A stretch of DNA of 64,000 bases, from contig CBFFRQ010000067.1 in assembly GCA_965644315.1 (NCBI GenBank), positions 124,001 through 188,000 of the forward strand. The letters are read 5' to 3'. The notes beneath the pieces are model-generated. The model made no database searches. It worked only from the letters and a program-made list of their open reading frames with translations, and was not told the DNA's origin. Positions 61,529 to 64,000 of the stretch are shown piece after piece. This DNA comes from Caecitellus pseudoparvulus (Eukaryota; Protista; Bigyra: Bicosoecida). Positions within the stretch are counted from its first letter, which is position 1. Each line of letters begins with the position of its first letter. Position numbers and translations under genes: made by a program.

Positions 61529-64000
61529 TCACTCCTCCCCGGATTCAGGCAGGGTGCCCAGGCCAGAGAAAGCGGCTGACGGGTCGTATCCTGGAGTGGC
61601 CAGGAGTGACCCGAGGCCGAAGGAGTTGCCCCCCTCGCCCCACAGCCCCACGCCACCCCCCATCCCGATGCCCAGGTCGAAGGACCCCAACTGGGAGGAG
61701 AAGGAGGGGGGTGGCGCGCCACCCGCCACACTGTGGCGGGCCTGCCCCGCACCTCGAGCGGACGCCGCCCCCTGACGAGGGGAGGGCGCCGTGCCTGCGA
61801 CACTGTGGCGCGTGGAGCCTTGGCGGGCGGAGGGCGTGGAGGAAGACTGGGGATTGTGGCCGGTGGAGGGGGGGTCACCGCCCGAAGGGGGGGCTTCTCC
61901 CCACCCCCGCTCATCGTCCCCGCCTTGGGCTGTGTGGGAGCCGAGGGAGGACAGGGTGCCCCCTGTGGAGGTGGACACGGAGGAGGAACGCGTGTTCCGA
62001 CCAGTGGGCGGGTGGCTCGGCCAGGCGCCGGCGTGTGGCGGCGGGGCACTGCCTGCACTTGGGCTTGGCGGGGCGTTGCCTGTTTTGGCGTGGCCCGGAG
62101 GAGGGCACCGCGTGGGTGGAGGGGGGGGTGCTGATCCCAGCAGTCCAGACCCCCCCGAGCGAGAGCTGGACACACTGCTGCCTCGCTCCCTCTCACTGCC
62201 TTCTTCAGGCACTTGGTCCAGCAACCCCCCTCCCAGCATCGCCGGGGGGGGCCGAGGTTGGGCAGGTCGAGGGGTGGGCCAGACCCCCCCACTGGGGGCC
62301 GCCCCCTGCCCACTGGACATGGGCGCTGGGTGTGACGGCGCCATGGCCCCTGCCAGCCCCGTGGCAGGCGGCGCCCCTTTCACCAGGGCATTGCCCAGTG
62401 TCGTAGGGGGTGCTGAAGCTCGTGCCGAGCGGGGATGGGGTGCCGCCTGCGCCTCTGGCCGCCGCCGCAGCATGGGGCCTGACGAGTCCAGGGCGATGCT
62501 GCCTCGCATCGGGGGCCGCCCACCACCACCACCACCGCCGCCGCCTTGTCCCCGCAGTCGGATAGCGCTGGCCAAGGACTGCCCCGCAGCAGCCACCGCC
62601 GCGCCCAAGTTAGTGCCGTGCTGCAAGCTGTGCATGGACTGGGGCTGGGCGGAGTGGCGGCGGGGGGGCGCCTGGTTGCCGCCCTGCACATCCACCTCCA
62701 CAGCGGAGGACAGGCGCCGGTGGTGGGAGGGCTGCAGGGGCACTGATGCGCTGGTGATGGAGTCACGCCCAGCACCCCCCCCTGCCACACGCATAGAGTG
62801 GGCGCGAGCTGCAGCGCCAGAACGCAGCAGCTCAGCCATGGATGACGTGGGTGGTGGGGGGTGTGCCCCGCTGGGCGGGGGCGTGGGCTGGCCCCACGAG
62901 CCAAGGCTGCGGTCTTGCCAAGCGTGCACACCTCCTGGCGGGCCAGCGTGCCACTCACGGGGAGGGTGCTCAGCGGGCAGCTGGCCTGCCGTCCACATGG
63001 CACTGCCACGGCGCTGGTCCATGGTGGAGTCCACTGAGAAGGCGTAGCTGCCACGCCGTGGGCCCATACCTCCGCCGATCAAGTCAGGGTGCTGTGGAAC
63101 GGGCGGAGTTCGTGGTGGGTTGTGCAGGTGCAAGGCACAGCGTGCACAGGAAGCCAGGGCGCGCTGCCAGCTCAGCTGGCGAGGACAGTACAGTGGCTCA
63201 GTTTGGAAGTTGAGTTCACGCCCCCTTGCGAGGGGTCACACTCGAAAGATGGTTGAAAAAGATCGTCACAGCCGAAACAAGCAGGCAAGGCAGAGAGCAG
63301 CGCAGGTCGGGCAGACGGCAGCGCTCGGTCAGGAAGTTGAGTTCACGCCCCCTTGCGAGGGGTCACACTCGAAAGATGGTTAGGTATGATCTTCATGGCG
63401 CAGGTGCCGCCGAGGCAACACGGGGGGCAACCGCAACGGCCACAGACACAAGTGCAACGGGCAGCTTCGTGGCAGGCCAACGTACTTGAGGTGGGGAATC
63501 TGCCCCGTGGGCAGGCCAACCCTGCTGCACCGTCGGCAGCAGGGAACAAGAGGTGCCCACCTGGACCAGAGCCCCTGTCACGGCATCCAGTGCAAGCAGG
63601 CAGTGCTGCACGTCGGCTTCACGCCGGTCCTGAGGCGGTGCGGAAGTTGGGCGCGCACATTCAGTGCCAGGCGTTGAGGGAGGATGGATGGGCGCGACCA
63701 GGCTCACCTGTACGAGGTTCAGGAGGCTTCGCACTTCCACAGAGTAGTCCAGGGCCCCTTGCAGTTCCTGGGAGCGCGGGGAGGGAGGGAGGTGTGCCGG
63801 GCGCGTGAACTTCAGCCTTGGCTTGAGGCAGTCGGCGCACGCCGCCTTTGCAAGCGTCGAGTGCCGTGGGACGCGACCAGCTCACTCACAGCTGACGCTG
63901 TGGGGGTACTGTTGGACACTGCAGACCATGCCTTGACGACAATGGAGTGGCACTGCTGCAGGGCCTGCACGGCGTGGGAGATCACCGCTGCGCCCTGTGT
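61529..64000 (-). CDS. 5'-partial Pro/Gly/Ser-rich protein; host of two snoRNAs in intron 63092-63485
   Basis: The last exon (61529-63091) joins in phase 0 to an upstream exon ending ...SPPQ|GTACG. Upstream exon structure is unresolved. Confidence 0.55.
63195..63273 (-). ncRNA. Box C/D snoRNA, SNORD2/snR39B-like (LSU Gm805 equivalent), copy B
   Basis: Minus strand reads GGCT-GTGACGA(C)...ACCATCTTTCGAGT-GTGA(D')...GTGAACT(C')...CTGA(D)-GCC. The guide is antisense to the conserved LSU sequence CGAAAGAUGGU. Confidence 0.8.
63325..63401 (-). ncRNA. Box C/D snoRNA, SNORD2/snR39B-like, copy A
   Basis: Minus strand has C box ATGAAGA (63390-63396), a 50-nt core identical to copy B, and D box CTGA (63329-63332). 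Confidence 0.75.

Noticed and set aside
63205-63381. 50-bp palindromic direct repeat with a 77-nt spacer, resembling a mini-CRISPR or LTR pair
   Set aside because: Only two units, eukaryotic context and no cas genes. The C/D boxes and rRNA-antisense guide explain it as duplicated snoRNAs.

Overview
GC-rich (~65%), very gene-dense eukaryotic DNA with short (mostly 60-100 nt) canonical GT-AG introns, most likely from a heterotrophic flagellated protist (a stramenopile such as a bicosoecid is my inference). The first 16.3 kb is a tandem duplication (~8.7 kb period) of an intronless giant gene with an architecture I do not recognise: (UIM)-CLU-UBA-like-TPR-like-UBA-like-SUFU, where the SUFU part resembles the full animal Suppressor of Fused (N and C lobes). 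The two copies are identical over kilobases but differ sharply in short patches, including the part of SUFU that binds Gli in animals. Copy 2 has two +1 frameshifts, and the duplication also copied the first 135 nt of the neighbouring ASNSD1 gene. The rest holds about 20 genes: ASNSD1, an eIF4B-repeat/W2 translation-factor-like gene, a WW-domain kinesin-14, PEX10-like, sterol C4-methyl oxidase-like, carboxylesterase, SHIPPO/ODF3-like, histidine phosphatase, NAA30, RNF168-like RING, FAM172A, DAK/TKFC, ankyrin, WD40, a Ser/Thr kinase, alpha-SNAP and several unknowns. Oversized introns carry RNAs: an H/ACA snoRNA predicted to guide the yeast Psi2191-equivalent site, an orphan C/D snoRNA, two tandem SNORD2/snR39B-like snoRNAs, and an unassigned structured element with a tRNA T-arm. 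A GCGGAAATTG motif recurs near gene 5' ends. All homology calls are by eye from remembered motifs; no searches were run.
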